A program made the position numbers and the translations under genes. DNA of 64,000 nt. It comes from Batkoa obscura. Taxonomy: Eukaryota. Of the stretch, positions 44,133 through 56,800 are shown one piece after another (within the stretch, counting starts at the first letter, position 1; each line of letters begins with the position of its first letter). Location: the NCBI GenBank assembly GCA_030770535.1, contig JASVEC010000011.1, forward strand, positions 496,001 to 560,000, written 5' to 3'. The notes under the pieces are model-generated. The model was not told the DNA's origin, made no database searches, and saw only the letters and a list, made by a program, of their open reading frames with translations.

Positions 44133-47100
44133 TCAAAGTGATTGGTTTTGAACCAAAGATGTATAGAAGCCATTAAGCGTTAGAAGCTCATCATGAGTAC
44201 CCATTTCTACTTTTTTACCATTTTTCATAACAATAATTATATCAGCATCTTGAATAGTGGATAAACGATGAGCAATGGTAATTGTAGTTCTACCTTCCGA
44301 AGCTTTATCTAAAGCATCTTGTACAACTTTTTCAGATTGGGAATCTAAAGCAGATGTAGCTTCATCTAATAGCAATAATTTTGGATTCCTAATAAGTGCT
44401 CTAGCAATAGCTACTCTCTGTTTTTGACCACCTGAAAGTCTACCTCCACGCTCACCACATGAAGTATCATAACCATCTGGGAGATCCATGATAAAATCAT
44501 GTGCATTAGCCATTTTAGCTACATGAATAATTTCTTCTTTTGTGACATCTCTTTCTACTCCATAAGCAATGTTATCCATAACTGAAATATTGAAAAGCAC
44601 AGGTTCTTGACCAACGGTAGATAATTGACTTCTTAAATAAGGTACATTCCATTCACTGATATCCTGGCCTTCAACTTCAAGCTTACCAGAATCAAGTGTA
44701 TAGAACATTTGGATAAGGCCAATGATAGTTGATTTTCCAGACCCAGAAGAGCCAACTAAAGCTACTTTTTTATTTCTAAGTACTTCTAAATCTAATCCAT
44801 TTAATACCTTAGTATCGGGTCTGGATGGGTAAGAGAAATGAGCATTTTTACTTAAAACATCACCATAAAGCTGCTTGTTTTTATTGCCATAAGCATCTGA
44901 TTGATTGATTTTGGGTGTACGGTCTAAAAGACTAAATACCTCATTTGCTGCAACTTTAGATTTAACAAAAGAAGTCAATTCGCTAGAAGCATACCCAAAA
45001 GAATTTCCCATAAACATAATTGCAGTGACCACTTGAAACATATTGTTGTAGCTATATTCCTGATTAATTACTAAGGTGGTACCATACCAAAATAGTAAAG
45101 CGTTGATGAAATGAGGGATTCCCATAGCAAATGAGTACCCTATCGCCGATTTGAGATAGCCAATTCTAGAAGTTTTGTGAGCTTTTTCAACTCTTTCTAA
45201 ATAGTCCTCGAAGAAAAGATTCTCTCTGTTTAATGAGCTAACAGTACGCTTATTAAGAATAGATTCCATAGCGAGTTGAGACACTTTCAAATAGGCAAGC
45301 TTTGTTTTCTCATTGACATCAGATAAAGCGGAAACTTGAACAAGTTGTCCATAAATGGTAAGTGGGGCAGTGGCTAATGCAACTAAAGTGAGTTTCCACC
45401 CACTAGAGAAGGCAATACTCAAACTAGCGATGGCACAAGACAAAGCACTAAAAATTGGCCCTAAAAACTTGCCAACCAAGCCTTGAACATTTTCAGCCTC
45501 AGTTGATAGTTTACCAGTGATAATTCCAACCGAATTCTCGGGAGCATCATAAAAACCAACTTCTTGGGTTAGTAAAGAACGAAAACATTTTTTACGAATT
45601 TCATAAGTAAGATACTCTCCTAACGTATTGAAACCAGCGTATCGCATAAAACCAGCAATTAAGCAACCAATAGCTAATGTTAGGAACATAAGGGACCAGA
45701 AGTTGATATCATTCTGTCCTTTTTCTATTAATCCTGGAGTAGTCAAATGAAAAAATGATTGCGTTGCATTAGTAAGAAAAATTGAATACATAGGGAATGC
45801 AATGCCATCCAATAACGCGCCGATAGCACCAACAAGTCCAAAATACCAATATGGTGATATCATTTTTAAGCATCTCATTAATGGGATTGAGACTTTCCCT
45901 TTGTTCCTTCTGCTCTCAATTAGTTCCTTCGGAAGGGTCTCAACTCGACTTGTCATCTTAAATAAGCCCACATCTAACTCTTTAATATCCTCAATATCCT
46001 CAATATCTATTACTATTTCCTCTTCACTAGTGCTTTCAATAACTATATCGTCGTCTTCGGTTACTTCTTCTTCTCCACCTTTTCTAATTTCCTGTTGTTT
46101 TACCAAATTAGCATAAGCGCCATTAAGTGCAAGTAATTCGTTATGGCTTCCTTCTTCAATAATAGTACCCTTATCGAAAACAATAATTTTATCTGCTTTT
46201 TTAATAGTAGATAAACGATGAGCAATCACAATAGTTGTTCTATCTTTAGCAGCATTATCTAATGCTTTTTGAACAATTCTTTCTGATTCAGTATCTAAAG
46301 CTGAGGTGGCTTCATCAAGTAATAATATAGTTGGATCTTTAATTATAGCTCTAGCAATAGCTATTCTTTGCTTTTGCCCACCACTTAATTGAGACCCACG
46401 ATCACCAACCATAGTATCATATTGTTGTGGTAATTTCATGATAAAATCATGGATGTTAGCTAGTTTACAAGCATTTACAACACGATCATGTAATTGTTTA
46501 GCATCAGCTTTAAACTCATCATCGTTCTTTAAACCAAATAAGATGTTCTGTTTAATGGTGGTACCAAACAAACATGGTTCTTGACCTACTAAGCCAACAT
46601 GTTCTTTTAAGAATTTATTTGAGATTTGAGAGATATCTATTCCATCTAACAAAACTCTTCCAGATGTTGGTGCATAAAATCTTTCTATCAATCCAACACA
46701 TGTACTTTTACCACTACCAGAATGACCAACTAAAGCAACTGTTTGTCCTTTTGATGCTTCAAAGCTAATACCTTTAAGGATCTGGACATCCAGTCTAGAT
46801 GGGTAACTGAATTGTACATTTTCAAATGTTATATTCCCTTTTACTGGTGACATTTTAGATTGATTTTTCACATGTTCCTCAGTTATTAAAAATGGATCAA
46901 TGCTTGATTCTCTTTCAATGATTTCGAATAGTTTAGTAGCAGCACCTTGTGCTGTAGCAACTGCGGTAATAGAAGGAGAAGCCATACCTAATACCATGGA
47001 ACCAGTTAGCACATTAAAGAATACTGTTAACACATCACCGGCATCTTGCTCCCTGTCATGAATTAATTTACCGCCATACCACATAGCTAAAGCGTAGCTT

Positions 47101-47984
47101 GAAAACGTTATAAGCAAAAAGATGCCATTACCTAAGCCCGTAAAAAAGGCCTTACGAAAGCCACTTTTACGAGCCATCTGTAATTTATTTTCGTATCTAA
47201 TTTGTTCTTTTTCCTGAGTGTTGAACGAATATATTGTTTTTATAGCAGATAATACTTCTTCAGCTATTGATCCTGCTTCACCATATACCCCTTGTCCGCC
47301 TTTAGAAGAATCTGCTACCGTTTTACCTATCAAAATACCCGCAAGTACTAACAACGGTACTGAACTTAACATCACTAAAGTTAATTTCCATCCTTTTATA
47401 AAAGCTATAACAAAAGCACCAATAAAACAAGTAATATTTTGTATAAGCATCCCAATTTTATCAGATATACCATCTTGTACCATATTGATGTCACCAGCTA
47501 TGCGTGAAGCAATGTCACCTGAGGAGATAGAATCAAACCAACCCATTTCTTGGCTTAAAACTGAACGATAATATTTATTTCTAATCCTCACAGCTTGACT
47601 TTCACCGACTATTAGCCAAAGTGATAGCTGTAAGTAAGCAGCAATTGCTGTGACACTTCCAGCTACAACAAACATAATGCATAAGAAGTTGATTTCGTCT
47701 TTCAATATTGCATCAGCAAGATCTGGGCTGACAGGATAGTTTTTTTGATAATTGCCGAACAAGCCAATAATCTGAGAAAACAATAGAAATAAGAAAGGTT
47801 GAGATAGACCATTGATAATAGAAGCTAACATAGCTAAACCAATTATTATTTTATCATTTTTTGTTGCAAATTTAAACAGTTTGAGCAATGGTACGTTTGG
47901 AGTTTTCTCTTTTTTCTCTTCTAACCCAATGCCCTTTTCATTGACTCTATTTTCATTCTCGTTCTTTTTCTTAGCTTTAAACAT
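44133..47984 (-). CDS. ABCB1/MDR-type ABC transporter (paralog 2)
   Basis: Same TMD-NBD x2 architecture and motifs; 1283 aa. Confidence 0.97.
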   Translation of the reverse strand: MFKAKKKNENENRVNEKGIGLEEKKEKTPNVPLLKLFKFATKNDKIIIGLAMLASIINGLSQPFLFLLFSQIIGLFGNYQKNYPVSPDLADAILKDEINFLCIMFVVAGSVTAIAAYLQLSLWLIVGESQAVRIRNKYYRSVLSQEMGWFDSISSGDIASRIAGDINMVQDGISDKIGMLIQNITCFIGAFVIAFIKGWKLTLVMLSSVPLLVLAGILIGKTVADSSKGGQGVYGEAGSIAEEVLSAIKTIYSFNTQEKEQIRYENKLQMARKSGFRKAFFTGLGNGIFLLITFSSYALAMWYGGKLIHDREQDAGDVLTVFFNVLTGSMVLGMASPSITAVATAQGAATKLFEIIERESSIDPFLITEEHVKNQSKMSPVKGNITFENVQFSYPSRLDVQILKGISFEASKGQTVALVGHSGSGKSTCVGLIERFYAPTSGRVLLDGIDISQISNKFLKEHVGLVGQEPCLFGTTIKQNILFGLKNDDEFKADAKQLHDRVVNACKLANIHDFIMKLPQQYDTMVGDRGSQLSGGQKQRIAIARAIIKDPTILLLDEATSALDTESERIVQKALDNAAKDRTTIVIAHRLSTIKKADKIIVFDKGTIIEEGSHNELLALNGAYANLVKQQEIRKGGEEEVTEDDDIVIESTSEEEIVIDIEDIEDIKELDVGLFKMTSRVETLPKELIESRRNKGKVSIPLMRCLKMISPYWYFGLVGAIGALLDGIAFPMYSIFLTNATQSFFHLTTPGLIEKGQNDINFWSLMFLTLAIGCLIAGFMRYAGFNTLGEYLTYEIRKKCFRSLLTQEVGFYDAPENSVGIITGKLSTEAENVQGLVGKFLGPIFSALSCAIASLSIAFSSGWKLTLVALATAPLTIYGQLVQVSALSDVNEKTKLAYLKVSQLAMESILNKRTVSSLNRENLFFEDYLERVEKAHKTSRIGYLKSAIGYSFAMGIPHFINALLFWYGTTLVINQEYSYNNMFQVVTAIMFMGNSFGYASSELTSFVKSKVAANEVFSLLDRTPKINQSDAYGNKNKQLYGDVLSKNAHFSYPSRPDTKVLNGLDLEVLRNKKVALVGSSGSGKSTIIGLIQMFYTLDSGKLEVEGQDISEWNVPYLRSQLSTVGQEPVLFNISVMDNIAYGVERDVTKEEIIHVAKMANAHDFIMDLPDGYDTSCGERGGRLSGGQKQRVAIARALIRNPKLLLLDEATSALDSQSEKVVQDALDKASEGRTTITIAHRLSTIQDADIIIVMKNGKKVEMGTHDELLTLNGFYTSLVQNQSL

Positions 47985-48524
47985 GTTTATTAATTAAATT
48001 TGATATTCTGTAATAGACTTTTCATTTGTTTTTATACACTCATTTCAGTCACTGAATATAATGAATATTTGACTATATTTGGCTCCTTTAAAGTAAACAA
48101 TTGTAATTATAAATTCAAGTGCCTATATTCTAAGCACCGAAAATCATACCCCGAAGCCCAAATTTACCCAAATTTAACAGGCGATTCTTGCCCAAATCCT
48201 CTACAACTCTATTTTAAATTTTCTAACCGATGAAGAGTTATTCCGGCAAGAGTTCTTTATTATTCTTCTAGTTGATTTTGTATATATGATAACTGAAATT
48301 AAGCAATAAATAGATAGAAAGGCCTTCCTCATCTTTTAAAATCAATTGGTTATTAATAAAAGATTGAAAATGACATATGATAGCCTTATATGACCTTTTT
48401 GCCTTATTAAATTACTGCCAATGGTGTGATAAATGATTTCGGCTTGTATAAATCATTATTTTGTTTAAAACGCTTGGTTATTTTGGGAAAAACAATAAAA
48501 TATCAATCAACAACACTTTAATAT

Positions 48525-48623
48525 GGGGGTGTTTTTTTTGGCTTCATCACTTTCTCCATCTTTTAAACACTATTTGAGCGGAAAAATTGTTAGTAAAATT
48601 CTTAAACACAAAAATACATCCCC
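48525..48623 (+). mobile_element. MITE family A
   Basis: GGGGGTGT...ACATCCCC, ATAT TSD. Confidence 0.9.
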
Positions 48624-49141
48624 ATATGCTCTTGGAATTAGTTAGTTTCAAGGCTTCTTTTTTTATCAATTTCACCTTATAAGAAACGTCTATCAAATTA
48701 AAGATTATTTTTCTAGAGCTAAAAGTTAAAGTCTTGATCAATCATGAGAATTTCATATAAATTCAATTTATTTATAAAATCCTTGGAAATTTAAGTATTC
48801 TATTTAATATTATTAAACACTAAGATACAAATAGACGATACACACCAAAAACCAAAATAAATATGCCAAAGTAACATATTTTAAAAAAAATCAGGTTTTT
48901 CGTTAAATGTTAGTAACGACTTTAATATACAAATATTAAACTATTGTGCATCTGCGATATCAACTATCAGTATCTTAAGTTATTCATAAATTAGCAAGTT
49001 TGTTTAAATCTCGGCTTTTGTTAAGTTTTGCCATAAGTTCCCATCTTTCTTACCAAAAAGCCACCATCTGTTTAGAATAACTTGAATTTTAGATGATTGG
49101 ACCCTTTTTTTGATTTCCTTACAATTAGCTGAGATTCATAA

Positions 49142-49369
49142 CAGTGTATTGCAAACTGATTTCAGGTAGATAATTAAATCACTATTTTTTTTTAATTTTA
49201 CAAAAAGGGTAAAAAAGTATGAAGTAAAAAGCAGGATGGACATTTAGAGCTAGAGCTCTTATTTAAAAAATTTAAGTTGGTACCAGAATATTACCTTTTT
49301 ATCCTTTTTGCAAAATTAAAAAAAAATAGTGATTTAATTATCTATCTGAAATCAGTTTGCAATACACTG
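49142..49369. mobile_element. Tc1/mariner-type MITE with ~75-bp TIRs
   Basis: CAGTGTATTGCAAACTGATTTCAG... / ...CTGAAATCAGTTTGCAATACACTG followed by TA (left flank AA). Confidence 0.8.
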
Positions 49370-50478
49370 TATGTTAATAGAAATATTTGAAAAAGTTGTT
49401 ACAAGCTTTAGTTAAAATAAAAAAGTTTGGTTTATAAAAACACGAAATTGTACAAAATCATAAAAATGTTATTCTAAAAAAATTCATAAAAACGGACTGT
49501 AAACTTTGACTTAATATAAAAATAAATATATGGGGGTGTCCGAATTGGTTTCATTATTTTATCCAATTTCTAAATATAAAATATTTTAAAAACTTTGCTT
49601 AAAATTCTATAAAAATAAATTATTTATTAAAGACCAAAAGTACCCGATACAGTTTTAAATTATTTTATTACAAGTTAACGGAATTTCTATTAAATTTAAT
49701 ACAAATTCCCAGATTACCAAGGCTTTTACTAATATAACTATATACTGATACTAATCAAAGTTGTAATATGTAAATAAATACATATTCCTATAAAACCCCA
49801 TTGAGGAATATTTATTATTGACTGCTTTATAGCCAATATTACAGATTTGCTATTAAATAAATAAACTATTTTAATGTTATAATTACATTATTAATATATT
49901 GCTAAGCTAATAAATAGCTGCATGGGAGGGAGTGGTTAGTCCCAAAACTATAATTAACCATCCTTATATAATACAAGCAATATAATAATAGTTTTTACTT
50001 ATTATTACAACTACTTGCTCTTTGACTATTTATTAACTTAGCTATTAATAATTTAAGTAATATCAACATTTAATAATTAATTTTTATCATTCAATAAGCT
50101 ACTTACTTGCTTACTAAATGTTCAAACTTTTAAATTTTCTGTTATTTTTGTAAGATAAGCTGGGGTTAATCTTTTAATTTTTCTATTTTCTATTTTCTAT
50201 TTTCTATTTTCTATAGACTTTATAACTTTAATTGATAATAAACTACACTGCTATCCAGTATCTGATAGATTAAAAAAAAGTGATATAAATACATGTTTAA
50301 TAAAAATCGAAATAATCTTTAATACCTCATATTTTTATTATTTTTATTATTTTTTTTGTATCTTTGTTTCTTTCATACTTTTCAAAAATTATATTTGTTT
50401 TCCTATTATTGACAGTTGAGTTATTAATTATATGTTTACAAATAAAAATCTTAAATTTCGAAATTAATTGATCAATAT

Positions 50479-50659
50479 GGGGGTGTTTTTTTTGGCTTAA
50501 TTACTTTTTTCATTTTTTAAGCGTTATTTCAGCAGAAAGTTTATTAGTAAAATTCTTAAACAAAAAAAAACACCCCCATATGGTGATGTTTTTTTTGGCT
50601 TCATTATTTTTTCATTTTTTAAGCGCTATTTGAGTGGAAATATTGTTAGTAAAATTCTT
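50479..50659 (+). mobile_element. Two tandem family A MITEs (50479-50577; 50582-50659 truncated by an LTR)
   Basis: ATAT-MITE-ATAT-MITE arrangement. Confidence 0.85.
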
Positions 50660-51123
50660 TGTGAAAGTTGGTACTCATTGGTAGGAGTTAAAAACAGTTC
50701 TTGCTTGATTAACTTGCCTTGAGTCGAACGGTCTTAGTTTATGTAACTAAGATAGACTTAAATGAATAGGAATAATACGTAATAAGTTACGAACTATGTA
50801 AAACAAATAGAATGGAAGATACTACTGTAAAATCTACGTAAGATGTTGTCAGAAGGACTTAGTGACTTTATTAATGATACATTATCAGGGAGTAATCCAA
50901 TTAAAAAAAGCCTCGAGTTATCATATTGAAGAATCTCTTTTATACTCCAATAAGTATGGATATTAAAAGGAGATAATATTCTTTGCAATATGAAGTTATA
51001 AATTCTCGCAGCAAATCAAAATAAAGGACTCTGAATTGATTGTGTTTGAACTTGAGAACACAACAACTTAAGTGATTGTTGTGTTATAATCAATTTGAGA
51101 GCTAAATAAAGCAATATTTCACA
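50660..51123 (-). mobile_element. Solo LTR (464 bp) related to the Gypsy LTR
   Basis: TGTGAAAG...ATTTCACA; shares GGTCTTAGTTTATGT.ACTAAGATAGACT; no TSD, sits at the deletion junction. Confidence 0.88.
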
Positions 51124-51618
51124 ATAGGTTGTAACGTTGGTATTTTATTATTATTAATTATTTTTGAATAATCATATTGATTTCTATTTATATTAAATTC
51201 AAAACTTTTACATTCATCAAAAGAATATACTGAAGCTATAGTTGATAATAATGCTACTTGCTGGTTTTTATTTCCTGTTTCCTTTAAAGCACTAATTTTA
51301 TACATTGCTTGATTAAGTTTATTATTATTAATAGTAAACTTTAATCACTTTTCTTTTCTTTTTTTTTGTTTTATTATAAAATTCCATAAACTTTGGGTTA
51401 TTGTGAATAGTTGTTAAAACTGATGTAAATGAATTACAATGTTTATATAACGTGCTTCTTCCTATCGTATTAAAATTTTTAGAAATTCCATTTCGAAGTT
51501 TAGTTATAAAAGCTTGTATTTTGTTTTTATTTTAATAAAAAATAAAGTCAAATAATTATATATTTATATATTGTATATTATATATCTATTGGACATTTAA
51601 TAAAAAAATATATAACAT

Positions 51619-51979
51619 TGTGAAATATCGCTTCATCAGCTCTATGATTGATTATGATATAATAGTCACTTAACTTGTTTACAAAACTAGTTGGAGTATA
51701 AAAGAGATTCTTCAATATAATACCTCGAGGCTTTTTAATTGAACTATTCCCTAACATCTTACCTTTAATAAAGCCACTAAGTCTTTCTGACAACATCTTA
51801 CGTAGATTTTACAGTAGTATCTTCTATTCTATTTATTTTACATAGTTCATAGCCTGCTATGTACTATTCCTGTTAATTTGAGTCTATCTTAGTTACATAA
51901 ACTAAGACTCTTTGGCTTACGGCCAATTAATTAAGCTAGAACTACTTTCAACTCCAACCACTAAGTACCAACTTTCACA
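51619..51979 (+). mobile_element. Solo LTR (361 bp)
   Basis: TG...CA, 5-bp TSD AACAT; same insertion as 58207-58567. Confidence 0.9.
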
Positions 51980-52366
51980 AACATGATTAAAAAAATAAGA
52001 TAAATAAAATAAGTCTTTTAAGTTAAATTTTTATATTTAATTTTAAGCTTTTTAAATTTAGCTAATCATATAAAGACTTGCAAATTTAAAAACTTAAAAT
52101 TTGGATTAATTTCTAATTAAATTCTGAAACCAATTCAGACATCCCACATACAATATTTAGAAAAATTAAAAAAGTGATAAAATTAAAAAAAAAACATATT
52201 TAATCATAGAAATAAAAGTATTTTTCATTCGAAAAGCTGTAAAATAAAATAAAACAAAGCTTTATTAAAAATTTGTAATGCAATTAAAGATAAAAAATTT
52301 AATTAAAGCTTATATTTTAATAAACAAGTATAAATAGTAAAATAATAATAAAATGTGGCAAATATA

Positions 52367-52462
52367 TAGGTGTTTTTTTGGCTTCATCACTTTTTACATT
52401 TTTAAGCACTATTCGAGCAAAAAGATTGTTGGTAAAATTCTTGAACAAAAAAATACATCCCT
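52367..52462 (+). mobile_element. Degraded family A MITE
   Basis: GGTGTTTTTTTGGCTTCATCAC...ATACATCCC with eroded ends. Confidence 0.75.
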
Positions 52463-53875
52463 ACATAGTCTCTTTGATAATGATTGGCTTGCACAAAAAA
52501 ACAAATATTGATTTGTTAACATGTAGCCACAGAAAACCATCAAACTCTCCCCTTAGCTATCCCTAGCACTAGCCCTAGCCGCGACAAAAAGGATTTATTT
52601 GTTAAATCAAAACAAATCAGAGTTGCTAAATTCCAAATTTACTATCCTCTAATTGATTAGTTTGCCATAACTATGAAGCTACAATAGAGTTACATTCAGA
52701 TTTTCCCAAAATTTAAAGTTTATCCATTTTGTAAAAAAGCGCTAGCAAGCATCATTATTTGAGTTATATAAAAATTAAGCTAAAAAACAGCATATCAAGG
52801 TTACTCATAAGCAAAAAAATACAGTATTTATTACAAATATATAAACATTAACAAAATAGAAGAAAACATTTTAAAAGTGTGGTTAAAGCTTAAGAACTAA
52901 AAATAAAGTTGCTTTTATGCAACTAATTTATAAAAGCTGAAATTTAAAAAATTACTAATTTTAGGAACCTTAAAGCATTACAAGTTAACACAGATAAATA
53001 ACAGTTTAGTGTTTATATGCTAAAATTATTAATGTTTCTGAATATATGTAAAGGTATATAATAACATATGTGCTTATCCTTTAAAAGATACAACTTTGGG
53101 AGGTTTGTTTTAATTTTATATTATACATCCTCTATTCACTTCCTTATTTTTTAGTTATATTAAATGATATTATATATATCTTCAGTGTTAATATAAATAA
53201 ATTAAAGTTATGTGAAATTCTCACAAGCTAATAAAGTTCTAAAATTTAACTCTAGTAAAAAAACGAACTTTAATTTAAAAGATTCTTATAAAGCGAAATT
53301 AATAAAAAGAAGAAGCCATGAAACTATCTAATTCCAACACATTGAAGTGTTGGTAAATAATATTTAATATTTTGCTCTAAATAAGTAATAGTTTTTAAGC
53401 AAAACAACGATTTGTATAAGCTGAAGTTATTTAGCATACTATTGGGCACAATTCAATAAGGTAAAAATGCCATACAAGGCTATCTCATATGTCATTTTCA
53501 ATCTTTTGTTGATAATCAATTGATTTCAAAGGATGAGAAAGACTTTTCTACCATTTGTTATGTAACTCTATTTATCATATATACAAATGTACCTAAAAGA
53601 ATAATGAAAAATTCTTACAAGAATAGCTCTTTATTGGCTAGAAAGTTTAAAATGAAATAAGTAGAAACATTAGATAAGAACTCTCGATTAATTTTGGCTC
53701 TCGGCTAATGTCTTTCGGAACTTAGAAGTCACGCACTTCTACTTAGTATAATAGCGGCTTTGTTTTAAATAAAAGTATTGAATATAGTAAATTATTGATT
53801 ATACTCAGTGACTGAAATGAGTGTATAAAAACAAATGAAAAGTCTATTACAGAATATCAAATTTAATTAATAAAC

Positions 53876-56800
53876 ATGTTTAAAGCTAAGAAAAAGAACG
53901 AGAATGAAAATAGAGTCAATGAAAAGGGCATTGGGTTAGAAGAGAAAAAAGAGAAAACTCCAAACGTACCATTGCTCAAACTGTTTAAATTTGCAACAAA
54001 AAATGATAAAATAATAATTGGTTTAGCTATGTTAGCTTCTATTATCAATGGTCTATCTCAACCTTTCTTATTTCTATTATTTTCTCAGATTATTGGCTTT
54101 TTTGGTAACTATCAAAAAAACTATCCTGTCAGCCCAGATCTTGCTGATGCAACATTGAAAGACGAAATCAACTTCTTATGCATTATGTTTGTTGTAGCTG
54201 GAAGTGTCACAGCAATTGCTGCTTACTTACAGCTATCACTTTGGCTAATAGTCGGTGAAAGTCAAGCTGTGAGGATTAGAAATAAATATTATCGTTCAGT
54301 TTTAAGCCAAGAAATGGGTTGGTTTGATTCTATCTCCTCAGGTGACATTGCTTCACGCATAGCTGGCGATATTAATTTAGTACAAGATGGTATGTCCGAT
54401 AAAGTCGGTCTTCTTATACAAAATATTACTTGTTTTATTGGTGCTTTTGTTATAGCTTTTATAAAAGGATGGAAATTAACTTTAGTGATGTTAAGTTCAG
54501 TACCGTTGGTAGTATTTTCTGGTATGCTACTAGGCATAATGGTAGCAGATTCTTCTAAAGGCGGACAAGGGGTATATGGTGAAGCAGGATCAATAGCTGA
54601 AGAAGTATTATCTGCTATAAAAACAATATATTCGTTCAACACTCAGGAAAAAGAACAAATTAGATACGAAAATAAATTACAGATGGCTCGTAAAAGTGGC
54701 TTTCGTAAGGCCTTTTTTACGGGCTTAGGTAATGGCATCTTTTTGCTTATAACGTTTTCAAGCTACGCTTTAGCTATGTGGTATGGCGGTAAATTAATTC
54801 ATGACAGGGAGCAAGATGCCGGTGATGTGTTAACAGTATTCTTTAATGTGCTAACTGGTTCCATGGTATTAGGTATGGCTTCTCCTTCTATTACCGCAGT
54901 TGCTACAGCACAAGGTGCTGCTACTAAACTATTCGAAATCATTGAAAGAGAATCAAGCATTGATCCATTTTTAATAACTGAGGAACATGTGAAAAATCAA
55001 TCTAAAATGTCACCAGTAAAAGGGAATATAACATTTGAAAATGTACAATTCAGTTACCCATCTAGACTGGATGTCCAGATCCTTAAAGGTATTAGCTTTG
55101 AAGCATCAAAAGGACAAACAGTTGCTTTAGTTGGTCATTCTGGTAGTGGTAAAAGTACATGTGTTGGATTGATAGAAAGATTTTATGCACCAACATCTGG
55201 AAGAGTTTTGTTAGATGGAATAGATATCTCTCAAATCTCAAATAAATTCTTAAAAGAACATGTTGGCTTAGTAGGTCAAGAACCATGTTTGTTTGGTACC
55301 ACCATTAAACAGAACATCTTATTTGGTTTAAAGAACGATGATGAGTTTAAAGCTGATGCTAAACAATTACATGATCGTGTTGTAAATGCTTGTAAACTAG
55401 CTAACATCCATGATTTTATCATGAAATTACCACAACAATATGATACTATGGTTGGTGATCGTGGGTCTCAATTAAGTGGTGGGCAAAAGCAAAGAATAGC
55501 TATTGCTAGAGCTATAATTAAAGATCCAACTATATTATTACTTGATGAAGCCACCTCAGCTTTAGATACTGAATCAGAAAGAATTGTTCAAAAAGCATTA
55601 GATAATGCTGCTAAAGATAGAACAACTATTGTGATTGCTCATCGTTTATCTACTATTAAAAAAGCAGATAAAATTATTGTTTTCGATAAGGGTACTATTA
55701 TTGAAGAAGGAAGCCATAACGAATTACTTGCACTTAATGGCGCTTATGCTAATTTGGTAAAACAACAGGAAATTAGAAAAGGTGGAGAAGAAGAAGTAAC
55801 CGAAGACGACGATATAGTTATTGAAAGCACTAGTGAAGAGGAAATAGTAATAGATATTGAGGATATTGAGGATATTAAAGAGTTAGATGTGGGCTTATTT
55901 AAGATGACAAGTCGAGTTGAGACCCTTCCGAAGGAACTAATTGAGAGCAGAAGGAACAAAGGGAAAGTCTCAATCCCATTAATGAGATGCTTAAAAATGA
56001 TATCACCATATTGGTATTTTGGACTTGTTGGTGCTATCGGCGCATTATTGGATGGCATTGTATTCCCTATGTATGCGCTTCTTCTAACCAATGCAACGCA
56101 ATCATTTTTTCATTTGACTACTCCAGGATTAATAGAAAAAGGACAGAATGATATCAACTTCTGGTCCCTTATGTTCCTAATATTGGCTATTGGTTGCTTA
56201 ATCGCTGGTTTTATGAAACATGCTGGTTTCAATACGTTAGGAGAGTATCTTACTTATGAAATTCGTAAAAAATGTTTTCGTTCTTTACTAACCCAAGAAG
56301 TTGGTTTTTATGATGCTCCCGAGAATTCGGTTGGAATTATCACTGGTAAACTATCAACTGAGGCTGAAAATGTTCAAGGCTTGGTTGGCAAGTTTTTAGG
56401 GCCAGTTTTTGGTGTTTTATCTTGCGCCATCGCTAGTTTGATTATTGCCTTCTCTAGTGGGTGGAAACTCACTTTAGTTGCATTAGCCACTGCCCCACTT
56501 AATGTTTATGGACAACTTGTTCAAGTTTCTGTACTATCTGATGTCAATGAGAAAACAAAGCTCGCTTATTTAAAAGTATCACAAATTGCTATGGAGTCTA
56601 TTCTTAGTAAGCGCACAATAAATTCACTGAATAGAGAAGCCATATTTTTTGAAGATTATTTAGAAAGAGTTGAAAAAGCCCATAGAATTTCTAGAAAAGG
56701 TTATCTTAAATCGGCGATAGGATATTCATTTGCCATGTGTATTCCCCATTTCATCAACGCTCTATTGTTTTGGTATGGCACCATTTTAATTATTAGTCAA

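Larger units (their letters stand above)
49532..52147 (-). mobile_element. Sola2-like DNA transposon, internally deleted copy A
   Basis: TIRs GGGGGTGTCCGAATTGGTTTCA / TGAAACCAATTCAGACATCCCAC; reverse-complement homology to 58044-62143; central transposase missing. Confidence 0.8.

Noticed and set aside
45802..47997. Antisense ORFs within the ABCB, pol, MCM5 and KDM5 genes
   Set aside because: Shadow frames of real coding sequence; they repeat only because the host genes are duplicated
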